DNA from: Amoeboaphelidium occidentale
Lineage: Eukaryota
NCBI GenBank assembly: GCA_023515795.1
Contig: JALGPX010000014.1
Location: 124,001 to 188,000, forward strand
Length of the DNA: 64,000 bases
Reading direction: 5' to 3'
Position 1 is the stretch's first letter, and each line of letters opens with the position of its first letter. The position numbers were made by a program, and so were the translations under genes. Below the pieces are notes generated by a model that saw nothing but the letters and a program-made list of their open reading frames with translations, was not told the DNA's origin and searched no databases. Shown piece by piece: positions 13,201 through 24,934 of this stretch.

Positions 13201-14440
13201 GAAAATCATCCAAACGCTTCAGTGCTACTTTACTTTCAACAGTGCTCCTTATAATATTCGGCAAAATTATAAGAGGATATCTTAAAATATTGAACAACGC
13301 CAAAGCACTGAAAATAATTGGAGCGTTCAGTGCATTGCCTAAAGCAGCATACACAACGAATGATACAACTGAGGCGAGAGTTGGAACAGAGATTGCGATA
13401 CCAGTAAGAACAGCAGTCCACATGTTGACATACTGAATTTTACCCACTTCGGTTGCTCTCAGATCCATGATTCTTTTTAAGAAGCTCTCTTCCCAACTAA
13501 AGAATTTTATGATTCTCATTCCTTGTAAGAACTCCGTTGTCAAACGAACACGAGCATCAGTTGTCTGCGCCGTAGCTTTTCTCAAAGTAGCTAGCTGCAA
13601 GAAAATGTAACTCTGCAATGGAATTGTTACGACTAGTAGACCAAACCCAACTAATGCTGAAGGACCAATAAGAGCAATCAACAAGGCGATGATCACAATA
13701 ATTTGCAAAGGACCAGACCAGAGATAATGCAGTTGCATTATAGCCATTTCCATTCTTGGCAAATCAGCTGATATCAAAGTCATGACTCTACCGGTCGAAA
13801 ACTCTTGTCGCGCTTTAGAAGAAAGTTTCATAAGTTTGCGATACAGCACAACTGTCAACGTTGTTTTAACTTTCATTCCAAACAACGATGCGTGATAAAA
13901 GTAACGGGCTAATGCCAGCGACGTAATTTCTTGTAAAATAAAAAAGATGACAGCGTAAACAATTCCCATGTAAAGAGGAGGATCTTGATCTGGAGGATTA
14001 GTTTGTGTCTGAAGCGCGAACGAAGTAATCAGCCCAATGATCGTTGGCGATGCGATGTTAGCAGCAGCTTGAATTAAATGATAGATCCCGATAAGACCAT
14101 ACTTAAACCCGAATTGGCGAGTCAAAACTTTTAATGTTGAAACAGGTTTCTCGTAAGTTGCCCAAATTTCATTAAACCTGTTGGCTAACACTTTCGCAGT
14201 AAACTCGTCCAACAGAGCGTAAAGATCTTCATACTGTAATGGCTTCTTGAACCCCTTATGAATTAATGGAGACATGAATTCATACACAAAGCGAAGGATG
14301 AAATTGTACTGCATGATCGGATTCGGTGGAAACTGATCATGGTGGCCATCAACAGGGTTGTTAGGGTTAGGCTGTCCCTTTTCCATAGAGCTGTCCTGCT
14401 GAGTTTTATTTTCAAGTTCAAGTTGCTCTGGAGGCGGCAT
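10264..14440 (-). CDS. ABCC/MRP-family full ABC transporter (TMD-NBD)2; intron 10963-10998; gap at about 12748-12766
   Basis: NBD1: GQVGSGKS, ISGGQKARV, LLDDPLSAVD. Also FFDNTPLGRIVNRFSKD. NBD2: GRTGA|GKS across the intron, SSGQRQL, MDEATA. Confidence 0.93.
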
Positions 14441-14649
14441 TTGAGTTAACGAAACTGTCAGTTTGAGAAAATTTGTGCGCCACATCTTCAAAGCACGATT
14501 TCTGATCGCCGTTACGTAATAACTAGCAGAATCATAGTCGATCGTTCACACATTAGCTTAAAATTGACAGCCTTTGTGCCTGAAACAGTAAATGATCTTA
14601 CGGCCTTGATATTGAGAGTGTTTTTAATTATTTTCTTTGCCAAAATCTC

Positions 14650-15675
14650 ATGAGTGCACAAATAGCGAGGATCACATTTACATTTGCTGAAACAGGAGAT
14701 GTTCTCTTTGAACAGGTACACACTTAACTATATCCTTTTCACTTAAATTAAAAGTTATGGCCTGCTTGGCTTTCACATGATCATGTATCCAATAATCAGA
14801 ACATTGAACAAGAGGAGCCTTTCGATACAACTAAATTTCGGTCTGAAGCAGTATCTTCAATGTTACAAGTGTTGTCTCAACTATCAAGGGAGATAGACAA
14901 GGGTGGTAAGTGTTTCGTTTCCCACTATAACGGCTGTAGAGTTATCACTTGTTCGGTTTGTTCCCTTCTCATCCTCTCATTCTTCAATGAGTGTTAAACA
15001 CCGAAGTTCTCATCTAATTACTCCTGGTCTGGGTGTCTCAAGTGATATTCAGGTTAGAGGCTCTCCAAGAAAACCAGGACTCGCTGATGATTTTAATGGT
15101 CATGATAGATCTCGATCAAAGAAGAGTGTAAAACTCAGCACTCAGCGCAATATAGTGTTAATTGAAGAGAAAGTATCAGATATAATTGGCGGATTATTTA
15201 TTTCAGTCGAGGAACACGCTGATTTTGTACAGTCGGAAGAGATATTCAGTCAAAGCTCGCCAGATTACGCTGTTTTTAAAGATTACTTGCACAGCTTACT
15301 CAAAGATTTTCAAAACAAATATGCCATCAAGATGTCCAACTTACCGACTACTCCGAGAGAGAAGCGATCAAAAGAGGAGGGTAATGAGTTCCCAGCGTTT
15401 GCTAAGGCGATTTTCAAAGAGTTTTCAACTGTAACGCTCTCAAGCTATGAGAATACCGCTAGAACAAAGCTTCGAAAAGGATTAAAACATGATCCTGCGT
15501 CGATCAAGTTAGAATTTCCTGCTTTCACTTCAAAAATATCAGTGGACGATGAAAAATCTCCTGTGGAAGCGGATATAGAGGAACCTTTCTTCGCATCTGG
15601 TTCTTTTCCTAACAATTAATAAAATATGGCGTGTTTCTAGGAGTTGTAACATCGAAAGAACCCTTGACTGTTTGA
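14650..15675 (+). CDS. Hypothetical protein, possibly longin-like fold; introns 14716-14754, 14906-14939, probably 15600-15640
   Basis: The spliced model stays in frame: MSAQIARITFTFAETGDVLFEQ|LWPAW...REIDKG|ELSLVRF. The fold guess is an impression only. Confidence 0.55.
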
Positions 15676-15772
15676 GAAAAGCACAATACTATCGACCAAT
15701 CACAATCTGATTTGGGACCTCGGCGTTGCACTATCTTCAATATCTCATTTTTGTTTCTCCACTTAGACAATA

Positions 15773-17503
15773 ATGGAAGAAGCCTTTAATGCTGCATCTA
15801 GGAAATCAAGTGATCCTGGGGCTTACTTTGATATAAACGAAATGCATCGCGCGGCAGAGGAGGCTTTGAGTAGCGACGCTCGATTGATGTTAGCCGTAGA
15901 GGAGCTGGAATTGGTTCAAAAGAGAAGAGAGGCTTTATTATCGGAAATGGATGCGATAAGAGAAGAGCTTTTTGTTCTAGAGAAAACTATAGACGTCAAG
16001 CTAGCTGAAAAGCGGCTGCCACCGTTGCCACAATCGCCAGATTCCGGAATAGCATTGGATGAGAACGCGTGTAATTCAAATGAAAAGTATGCAATAATTC
16101 TACGGCTTACGTTAATAACTTTTAGTTCTATCCTTTCCTCCAAGAGTAATGGAAGCATAAAGGTCGATGTTGAATGCTCAAAGGGCGATAACATTGCAAA
16201 CATGGCGCAGGAAATTGACAGGTCTCAGTCAAGTCCTCTTGGAATTGCATTACAAAGGTCTCTTTCTCAAAGTCCAAAAATTACCCACAAATTATCGAAA
16301 GCAGAGGAGGAGTTTTTACGGGTTATTCAGGCTGGAAAGCGTCGTTTTAACATCAGCCCAGAAAAGGGTATCAAGTACTTACGCGAGAACAAGTTCTTTG
16401 AGAATGATCCTCCACATGCAGAGGATATCGCACGGTTCCTCTTTACTGATAACGGAATGCTGAGCAAGAAGATTATCGGTGAATATTTGGGTGCTCCTGA
16501 AAACACAGCAGTATTAGAAGCTTTTGTAGACAGATTCTCATTCAATATGCTAAGCTTAGAAGGAGCTCTACGACAATTCTTGAGAGCTTTTCGTCTTCCT
16601 GGTGAGGCGCAGAAGATTGACAGAATGATGACATGCTTTGCGTCAAAATTTATTGAATGCAACCCTGCGGATGACTTTTTTAAAGACACTGATACTGCTT
16701 ATATAATGGCGTTCAGTATGATCATGTTGAACACAGACTTGCACAATCCAGCTGTCAAAAACAAGATCAGCAAGGAAGCTTTTGTTCGTAACAATTTGGA
16801 TGTCTTACTCAGAGAAGAGGCGCCCTTGGGACTAGCACCAGCAGTAGGAGCACCACGTCTTATACCAACAGCTTATCTTGAAGATGTTTATGATGCATTA
16901 GCGAAAAGGCCGTTTGATATGATTGCTTCTGATGATGAACATGAGAATCTGGCATTCTTCACATTCTTTAACCCCGAAAGAGAAGGTTGGCTGATGAAGC
17001 AGGGAGGCAGGATAAAAACATGGAAACGTAGATTTTGCTTGTTGACAGGCTCTTGTTTGTATTATTTCAAAAGCGAAATAACATCACAAGAATTGAATGG
17101 AAACGATTCAACAAAGCGGTGCCAGCAACCATGTGGAATTATTCCTCTAGAGAATCTATCTGTTGCGCCTATTGAGCCACATGAAGTTCCAGGAGGATCA
17201 AGCGGCAGCAAGAGAAGATACTACTTCAAATTATACACTGTGGAAGATGATAAGTGCAAAATTAAAGCCGCAAAAACTAGCTCTGACGGAAAAATTGTTC
17301 AAGGAAAACATTCAGAATATGTTTTTTCAACAGAAACTGAAGGTGAAAGATTAGATTGGATTCATTCTATCGAAGGTCAAATGGCTAATCCTCCCCTTTA
17401 TGCACTTTATGCAGAAAAGAAGAGGAAGAAGGTCGGATCTTCTACTTCCACAAGCCGCGACAGGAATTCATTTATCATGGACACAAATGAAGTGAATGAA
17501 TAA
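15773..17503 (+). CDS. Cytohesin/ARNO-type ARF-GEF (coiled coil-Sec7-PH); in-frame intron 16087-16125
   Basis: Sec7 motifs FRLPGEAQKIDRMM and IMLNTDLHNP. PH domain FFNPEREGWLMKQGGRIKTWKRRF. Confidence 0.9.
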   Translation: MEEAFNAASRKSSDPGAYFDINEMHRAAEEALSSDARLMLAVEELELVQKRREALLSEMDAIREELFVLEKTIDVKLAEKRLPPLPQSPDSGIALDENACNSNEKYAIILRLTLITFSSILSSKSNGSIKVDVECSKGDNIANMAQEIDRSQSSPLGIALQRSLSQSPKITHKLSKAEEEFLRVIQAGKRRFNISPEKGIKYLRENKFFENDPPHAEDIARFLFTDNGMLSKKIIGEYLGAPENTAVLEAFVDRFSFNMLSLEGALRQFLRAFRLPGEAQKIDRMMTCFASKFIECNPADDFFKDTDTAYIMAFSMIMLNTDLHNPAVKNKISKEAFVRNNLDVLLREEAPLGLAPAVGAPRLIPTAYLEDVYDALAKRPFDMIASDDEHENLAFFTFFNPEREGWLMKQGGRIKTWKRRFCLLTGSCLYYFKSEITSQELNGNDSTKRCQQPCGIIPLENLSVAPIEPHEVPGGSSGSKRRYYFKLYTVEDDKCKIKAAKTSSDGKIVQGKHSEYVFSTETEGERLDWIHSIEGQMANPPLYALYAEKKRKKVGSSTSTSRDRNSFIMDTNEVNE

Positions 17504-17543
17504 AGCATGTTGTGAAAGTTTTTAATACGAATCATTCAAGCAT

Positions 17544-19691
17544 TCATTCCTCATCGTCGCTTATTAGATTGATAACTTCAGGGCTGTGGTTGACTTCCCT
17601 TGAATAGGAAGTAGACCTTTCCATCTTCAAGAGAGATGCATCTCCTTTTGAATGCGTCAGAATGGTGGTATTAGATGACAAGTGCTCCGGATACTTTTTA
17701 GCCAGCTCTTCTGCAAGTTTTAAATCATCAGCACAAGAATCTTCGACGGATTCTCCCTCTTCAACTTCTTGATCCTGTCCAGAGTTGAAAGAAGAACTTT
17801 CAGGCATACTATTTTCGGATTTCATATCATCTTCGCAAGAAAAAGATTCGATGAAATGATCCGTCGTGTTATTATCCGAGGTTTTGGTCATAGTATCCTC
17901 TGCCATAACGTCCGACTCTTCTGTGTTTGGATCACTAGCCGTTGAACTCGAAGTTTGTCCTGCAGAAGCAAGGCTTTCATTAATTATCCTCTCAATGCTT
18001 TCATCAAGGTCATCTTTTGCAGTCTCTTCCTTTTCTACAAACTTGGTTCTAATTTCGGTTTCTTTCTGCGTTTCATTTCCCCACCCAGAATTAAACTGAA
18101 AAGTGTTTGCAGGTTTCACTGGTCCCTTTTCTTGTTTTCTATCACCATTGGAGTTGCTTGGTGGATTATCACCAGGAGCTTCTGTCTTTCCCGCATTGCT
18201 ACCACGGATTTGTTTCTCAGACGCTGTCTCATTATCCCAACCACTATCAAAAAGGTTTGCCATCTTAGATTGTTTGACTTCAGCCTTTGGAGCAGGCTGT
18301 GAATCACCCCATCCGCTATCCATGAAATTACTAACTTTAGAACTGCTGCTGTTTGTTGCCGTCTTGGCCTCAGTGGTTTCTTTCACTCCGCCCCAGCCAC
18401 TATCAAAAAAAATAGTCTTTGTTTTCGGCTTTAGCTCTACGCCCCACCCACTCTCAAAAATGTTCTTGGTCGCTTTATCTCTAGATCCTTGGCCATTATC
18501 GAAAGAGCTCTTGTTTTCCCGATCTCTTTTGTTGTTGTCAAGGCTAGACTCTGTTCCCCAGCCGCTGTCAAAGGTATTTCTGTTTGACCTTTCTTTTCTA
18601 TCACTACCAAATGAATTTTCTTTTCTGGAATCTTTCCCCCAGCCACTGTCGAAACCACCTTTGCTGTCTCTGCCAAAAGGAGCTTCCCTTCTAGGAGGAT
18701 AGTCATCTGAGCGTTTGTTGTCAACACGATCATCTCTTCTAGAGCTTTTTGAGTAATTATCTTCATGCGATCTGGAATCTCTTCCACCCTTATCATAACC
18801 AAAAGAGCTTTTTCTGTCATCTGTCTCTCTTCTGGAGCCGTAGTCACTTCTACCTCCCCAACCGCTTGAATAACAATCATCGCCTTTACGATTATTAGAT
18901 TCTGCTGTCGGATATTCTCTACGATATCTTTTTGGAGGCAATTGGTCGTCACGAGTATCGTAGTCCCTGTGTGACTTTCTTGGCTCATCCTCCAGTCTCA
19001 ATGATTTTGCAGGTGACGGATTAACTGTATCAGGTGGATAACTTCTTCTTTCAGAAATTGCTGCTTCAGCCTTCAAGACTTCTTTAGGTACTGCGTGAAC
19101 TTCTTGTTTCACAACAATTGGTTCCGCGTAGTATGGAGCCATCGGATCATGATATATAGGTGCACGTAAATATGGCCCGCCAGCATAAGGATAACTCGGC
19201 ATAACATACATCGACGCAGGAGCTGGGTAGTGCATTACAGGCTGTTGGCTATATGCAGTAGATGAGTTGGCAATATTGGCAGCCTTTTCAAATGCAATTC
19301 TTGTGCAATGCTTCGACTCATTATCGGGTATTTCTTTGTACAGACCTTGAAGCTGCGGTATTTCGCTAATTGCAGCAGAAGGAACATATCTTTTGCGTTC
19401 ATGATAATGCATAGGATCAAAGAAACAAGGAGCGCCATAACCATATCCAGTTTGCTGTGGCACATGATACATGGCTGCATCTCCAGGAGGATAAAATGGT
19501 GCAGTATAAGGAGCATACATCATGCCAGCTGGTTGCGCTTCAGTATATCCAATTTGTTCTGTTTTCGCAGCAGGACGGTGAAGATGCTCTGCATGTTCTC
19601 GCGTTGGCGGCTCTTCAGAAACTCCGGACCAGGCTTGCTCGGGTCTTTCTGTAGCTTGACTTCTTGCAAAGTATCTGCTTTCGTATTGCAT
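17544..19691 (-). CDS. Low-complexity protein (715 aa) with Y/P-rich N-terminus, R/D-rich region, (F)xSGW(G) repeats and acidic tail
   Basis: Uninterrupted 715-aa ORF with ATG and eight SGW-containing repeats. Confidence 0.75.
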   Translation of the reverse strand: MQYESRYFARSQATERPEQAWSGVSEEPPTREHAEHLHRPAAKTEQIGYTEAQPAGMMYAPYTAPFYPPGDAAMYHVPQQTGYGYGAPCFFDPMHYHERKRYVPSAAISEIPQLQGLYKEIPDNESKHCTRIAFEKAANIANSSTAYSQQPVMHYPAPASMYVMPSYPYAGGPYLRAPIYHDPMAPYYAEPIVVKQEVHAVPKEVLKAEAAISERRSYPPDTVNPSPAKSLRLEDEPRKSHRDYDTRDDQLPPKRYRREYPTAESNNRKGDDCYSSGWGGRSDYGSRRETDDRKSSFGYDKGGRDSRSHEDNYSKSSRRDDRVDNKRSDDYPPRREAPFGRDSKGGFDSGWGKDSRKENSFGSDRKERSNRNTFDSGWGTESSLDNNKRDRENKSSFDNGQGSRDKATKNIFESGWGVELKPKTKTIFFDSGWGGVKETTEAKTATNSSSSKVSNFMDSGWGDSQPAPKAEVKQSKMANLFDSGWDNETASEKQIRGSNAGKTEAPGDNPPSNSNGDRKQEKGPVKPANTFQFNSGWGNETQKETEIRTKFVEKEETAKDDLDESIERIINESLASAGQTSSSTASDPNTEESDVMAEDTMTKTSDNNTTDHFIESFSCEDDMKSENSMPESSSFNSGQDQEVEEGESVEDSCADDLKLAEELAKKYPEHLSSNTTILTHSKGDASLLKMERSTSYSREVNHSPEVINLISDDEE

Positions 19692-19913
19692 CTATATTTT
19701 TCTGGAGGCGCAATCGGGAAACGAACAAGAAATCGAAGTGGTGGCGCAGAACAAAAAGTTTAGAAAGCTCTATTTGCACAACCCAGGGATGGANNNNNNN
19801 NNNNNNNNNNNAAAGTATCTGCTTTCGTATTGCATCTATATTTTTCTGGAGGCGCAATCAGGAAACGAACAAGAAATCGAAGTGGTGGCGCAGAACAAAA
19901 AGTTTAGAAAGCT

Positions 19914-22772
19914 CTATTTGCACAACCCAGGGATGGAAGGCTCTAATAACTTCAGTTTAAGTCTTTGCCTGAGACCCTCTATGGTGCTTTCATCAATGCT
20001 GATTTGAACTTTGACTTTCGTGAACACACGTAACAAGATGTCCTTGTGTTTTAATGTGAAATTCTCCGCATCAAAATCTAATTCTTGCATGAACTCTTTA
20101 TCTGCTTGCACGAATCCCTCTATACCATATCTAAAAATGTGAGTAATAAACAAATAGAACTCTTACTTTGGAATAAGAACACTGAAACCATTCCTCATTG
20201 TTCGCAGAATATAACCCTCCTCTTCGACAACTTTGCCTCTGAAAAACAAGTTTGTGTACAACTCAACAGAACTTCTGGATGCCTTTTGCGCCATGTGATG
20301 TCTATGATTTATATTTTCGCAGATATCACGAATCTTGGCTCTGTCAAACAACGATGGAGTTTTAGCAATTTGAGTCTCATCAATGCAAGCATGTAATAAT
20401 CTGTGGACTAAAATATCGGCATATCTACGAATAGGTGAAGTAAAATGAGTATAAATTTCCGTTGCAAGACCATAATGCCAGAAAGCGTCGTAGGTAAAAT
20501 TTCCAGAACAAAAGTATTTCGCTTGAAACATGCATCTCGTAGCCAATACACGAACTAAGTTATTAAAGTAAGAATCATTAGGAGTTTTTGCTTCATCTAA
20601 AGAATCTGCCATTTGTTTTGACGTTTGAGTCATCAATTTAATATTGTAAGGCTTCAAGAGTACATTCAATCTTTCAAAATTTGACGTTTCTGGTTTCGGA
20701 TGTCTTCGTAACACAGCAACCTCTGGGAACTTCCTAAAAATTTCCTTTGCAACAGAAATATTAGCCAATAACATAAACTCTTCAACCAAAGCATTTGTTT
20801 CCTTTAATTCTTTGAGTTCTAGATCAACAGGGTCTTGTGAATCATGTTCTAGTTTAAATCTGACTTCAGGTGAAGACAAGACAATTGATCCCCTTTCTCT
20901 TCTTTCTTGTCTCATAATCTTTGCTAGTTTGTTCAGGTTCCTAATGGATGTTGTCAGTTCGTCATTCAAGCCTTTGTTATCAATTTTGGCTTGAGCCTCA
21001 GCATACGTCAATGAAGCACAACTCCTTATAACGCTTTTACAAAATCTTGTATTGACGATCTTTGCATTGCTATCCAACTCCCAAATAACGGAGAAAGCCA
21101 ATCGATCAACATTTTCTCTCAAAGAACACAGATTACTTCCTAATAACATTGGCAACATATCAATTCTCTTATCGACCAAGTAAACAGTGGTTCCTCTCTT
21201 TGCTCCTTCTTTGTCCATCTCAGTATCAGGTTTAACAAAATGTGTAACATCAGCAATATGAACTCCACATTCAAAATTTCCATTCGGCAAGGTTCTGCAA
21301 TGAAGGGCGTCATCAATATCTGTACACCCAGGAGGATCAATACTGCAGACTTTCAAGTTTCTAAAATCCTCTCTACCAACGAAGTCTTGTTCTTTTACAA
21401 CCCAATTCTCTCCTTCCACAGGGAGCTCTAATTGAATTTGCTTGGAGAACCCTTCATGAGGAATTTCATGCTCCAATAGCAAGACTTCTACTTCAGTCTC
21501 TTTGTTACCTGCATCACCAACAATTTTGACGAAGTGCCCCAAAGGAAACATTGAATCCTTTGGCCAGGAATCCAAAGCAACCATTATTCTTTTGTTTACA
21601 AACCTCTCCGCTTGTCTAGTTCTTATGCGAATCTTAGGTATCTTCTTATCAATAGGATAGAACCAGCATGATGTCTGCTTGCTTTGCTGATGACTACTCT
21701 TAATCTTCTGAGAATCTATGACACCGCAATAAGGCCTCCAGTTTCGTTTCAAAACGCCAACAATTTTTCCGTATGGAATGTCATTAGGTCCTATTTCTAA
21801 CTTATATTCTTGCTTGTCAACTTCCATAGAATTATTCTCAACCAAATCACCTTCATCTGCTCCATCTTCATCAATAATGGCGCTTGTTTCCAACTTTTTC
21901 CACTCGGATTTCGGAAGTAATTCAAACACAACAATATCATCATGCACTGCTCTACTCAATGCTTTTCTTCCAGAAAGATTAACAGTCTTCTCTTCTCCAT
22001 TAATGGTTGCAAAAACAGAGCCCTCGAAAGGATTGTGGTTGCTAACATTCAACTTGCCCTGAAAGAATAACCCTTGTTTTAGACCAGCACTCAGTTTAGC
22101 CACTGATAAATGCTCATCATAATGAAATTTCGCGTCACCAGATGAGCCTCCGTCTTCTCCTGAGACATTTAATGCAACCATATCCAATAACTCGGGAATG
22201 TCATCCTTCACAGATTCTGCGTAATCATTAACAGACATCGCCGTAATTCCTAACTCTTGTGCTCTGCTTTTTAACGCTTCATCATCTGTTAGCAGAGAAA
22301 TATCGATTCCAAGACCACGCAAATGATGCAAATACCATGCCGCAGCTTTCAGAGCAGCCCTTTCGTTCCTTTTCGCCATAGATTCTCCCGAGTTTCTTTC
22401 AACATATGTCTGGTGATGAAATTCATTAGAGAATACGTAAAAGCGTTTATCATGTCGTGATATTGCGCTCCTTAGTCGATTGTACAGAGGCAAATTGGAC
22501 TCCCTGACTTCATCCAGAACGGAACTGAACACTATGACGTCTTGAACTTTTGCATATTCCAGGATATCCATCTGATTTAACGCCACGCTTGAGTCGATAC
22601 AAAGATACACGCCATTTAGAGGAGAATCTGAAAGCACAGCAGTTTCTGGTTGATAACACTTTTGGCAATTTAAAGAACCGCAGTAAATATCATCCCGTAA
22701 GTAATGCTCTCTTATGACTTTAACCACGTTCCCTTGTCTGTTCTTTCGAAGTATTTTACGAGTGTGCAGCAT
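19914..22772 (-). CDS. DIS3: Exosome exo/endoribonuclease Dis3/Rrp44; intron 20131-20166
   Basis: REHYLRDDI-C-C-C (CR3), a PIN domain, SIDPPGCTDIDDALH, YTHFTSPIRRYAD. The splice gives IPK|YGIEG. Confidence 0.95.
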
Positions 22773-22794
22773 CTCTTTCTTTCAAGAAAGAATA

Positions 22795-23608
22795 ATGCAG
22801 ATCATTCATCAATTGGCACCACAAAGCGTGGCAAAGCATGGTGTGCCTCAGAAGAGAGACGAGACATTAAATGATATTCCCCTCGATGAAGTGGTTTCTA
22901 ATGAGCAGATTATGAACTATGCCGTGTCTGCACAAAGAGATGTATGCGGAAAATGTTCCAAATCTATAAAGCTATATTGTTGTAAGTGCTCACTGGCTTC
23001 AATCCTATGCGGACCGTTACCATCAGTTAAGCTTCCAGTGCCTCTGATCATGTACGTTTGCAATTGTACCATAGCTAACTCATCATAGACTTCGGCACCA
23101 CAAAGAGCGCGAAGGAAAATCCACAGCAATTCATGCAGAGATATTGGCGGAGAATGTCACAAGTATTCTTTATCAAAAAAATGATGTTGCTTCCATAACT
23201 GAGAAACTGAAATCTATTCCTGATATGGCTATGCTGTTTCCGCCACAAGAAGACCAAAAGCACGGCGCAAGTCCTAATTATCAAGACTCTCACTCACAAA
23301 CAGAACAGCCCTTTAAAGCGCTTCTAGTGCTGGATGGAACGTGGATACAAGTTAAACAAATGTATCGTTATATTGAGTATCTACATACTCTAAAGAAAGT
23401 CAGCCTGAAACGAAAGTATCGAACATGCTTTTGGCGAACACAATGCGAACCTGAGGACCATCTTGCCACAATTGAAGCGATATACTTGATATACAAGGAA
23501 CACCATCCAAACCTTGACAAAGATTTAAAGAATTTATTGCTGTTCTACAAGATTAATTACGATGTGATTATGAATCGTTCTGCTGCTGTTCCTAACAATT
23601 TTAATTAA
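22795..23608 (+). CDS. DTWD1: DTW-domain tRNA-uridine aminocarboxypropyltransferase (DTWD1-like); intron 23052-23088
   Basis: N-terminal CxxC...CxxC, HHKEREGKSTAIHA after splicing, VLDGTW, FWRTQ, LATIEAIY. Confidence 0.85.
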
Positions 23609-24065
23609 AACTTTAATGCCGTTTACCTTTTTATGCTTCCAGTCGAAAAATATCTGCTGATGGAGATACTCGCAAAAGTCCATCCGTGCCAGCAGTTTCC
23701 GGAACTCTTTGGTCTCTTCTGGTGTAGCATTCAAGCCATTCAATTTATCGAGCACAAGCAAAGATAAAGGATAGCTTCACTATTATTTTAAACAGAATTA
23801 AATGGTACATTATAAAACGGGCATATTCTGGCCGTTTCCAATATTCCAAATACTTTAAATAGTTCAAAAAGTCTTTCTTCTCGAAGTATCCTTCCTGAGC
23901 AAGATCTAACAATACGCGTCATTAATGATCATTCCAAAGTATTTTACAGTTGAGGTATTTCGGGTTAGCAAGGCATTGAATGAATTCCAGTTCGATTTCG
24001 AACCTCTGCGTCGATTGAGTTTGCTTTGACGTCTGATTCTGCTGTAGCTGATGATCAATTTCCAT
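23568..24065 (-). CDS. MED31: Mediator subunit Med31/Soh1; introns 23906-23947, 23775-23808, probably about 23592-23626
   Basis: Manual translation gives [27 protein letters not shown]...[20 protein letters not shown]. The ORF track shows only a fragment. The stop is 23534 if the last intron is not spliced. Confidence 0.9.
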
Positions 24066-24183
24066 GCACAAAAAAAGCAAGGCGCTTATTTTCTCTTTTA
24101 GTATTTATTTCAGGCTGTTACAGCTCCCAAGCATTTGGTGTTTTAATCCAAATGTTGGTAGTCATTTGCTACAATGTAAATGC

Positions 24184-24840
24184 TTAGTACAATCTGACTG
24201 GAGGACCCATGGTGCTCTTGATGTACAAGGACTTGACGTTTTGCCAGTTCTTCTTCAAAAGGGAGACCAAGAAGTTAACAGACATCATGACGTTGGACAA
24301 CAATTCATCTTCTGCCATTTCGATGTGACCGACAGCGACACCCAAACACAAAACCTTCTTCAATTGGAATTTGATGGTTGCGCGGATTTCGTTAGCCTTG
24401 TCGTCCAAGCTGTCATTGTGAGTGACAGGCGTAGGGAACTTGCCAGCCTTGTTCAAACCAGGACCCAACAAACGCGGCAACAACTTCATCAAAGAGTCAG
24501 ATGCCAAGAAAGCATCGTACTTCTTTGCCAAGTTCTTAACCAACTTCTTGTTCTTGTTGAGCTTCTTCAAATCTTCAACAGACATGGAGTCCATACCGAT
24601 TCTCTTTGCAACATCGCAGTGATGAGCATCTCCCAAAATGCAGACCTTCATACGTGGACGAGGGACATAAGGCAACTTGACGGTACCAGAGAAACGCTTG
24701 TCTCTTTGAGGATCGTAGTTCTTTAAACCAATCTGCAATTCGACGGTTTCACGGAACTTGCGCGGCTTGTCTTTGCACTTCTGAAGAACTTCTTGGATGC
24801 TTTCGCGAACTGATGCGACTTGGAGTTTTGATGATGACAT
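24184..24840 (-). CDS. RPL1: 60S ribosomal protein uL1 (L1/L10a)
   Basis: [22 protein letters not shown] and [19 protein letters not shown]. Confidence 0.97.
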   Translation of the reverse strand: MSSSKLQVASVRESIQEVLQKCKDKPRKFRETVELQIGLKNYDPQRDKRFSGTVKLPYVPRPRMKVCILGDAHHCDVAKRIGMDSMSVEDLKKLNKNKKLVKNLAKKYDAFLASDSLMKLLPRLLGPGLNKAGKFPTPVTHNDSLDDKANEIRATIKFQLKKVLCLGVAVGHIEMAEDELLSNVMMSVNFLVSLLKKNWQNVKSLYIKSTMGPPVRLY

Positions 24841-24934
24841 TCTAATTACTGTAGCGTGGAATGGCTGTTGAGAATGAAAGAATTTTTCATTTTGGCTTTT
24901 CTAGTGTCGATCTTTTCGGTTCTGTGATTGCGAG

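Noticed and set aside
18103..18988. Overlapping 199-aa (+) and 183-aa (-) ORFs with QPLSK-like repeats
   Set aside because: These are antisense or alternative-frame echoes of the FDSGWG repeats.
24064..24726. 220-aa plus-strand ORF
   Set aside because: It is an antisense shadow of the codon-biased RPL1 gene with no recognisable motifs.
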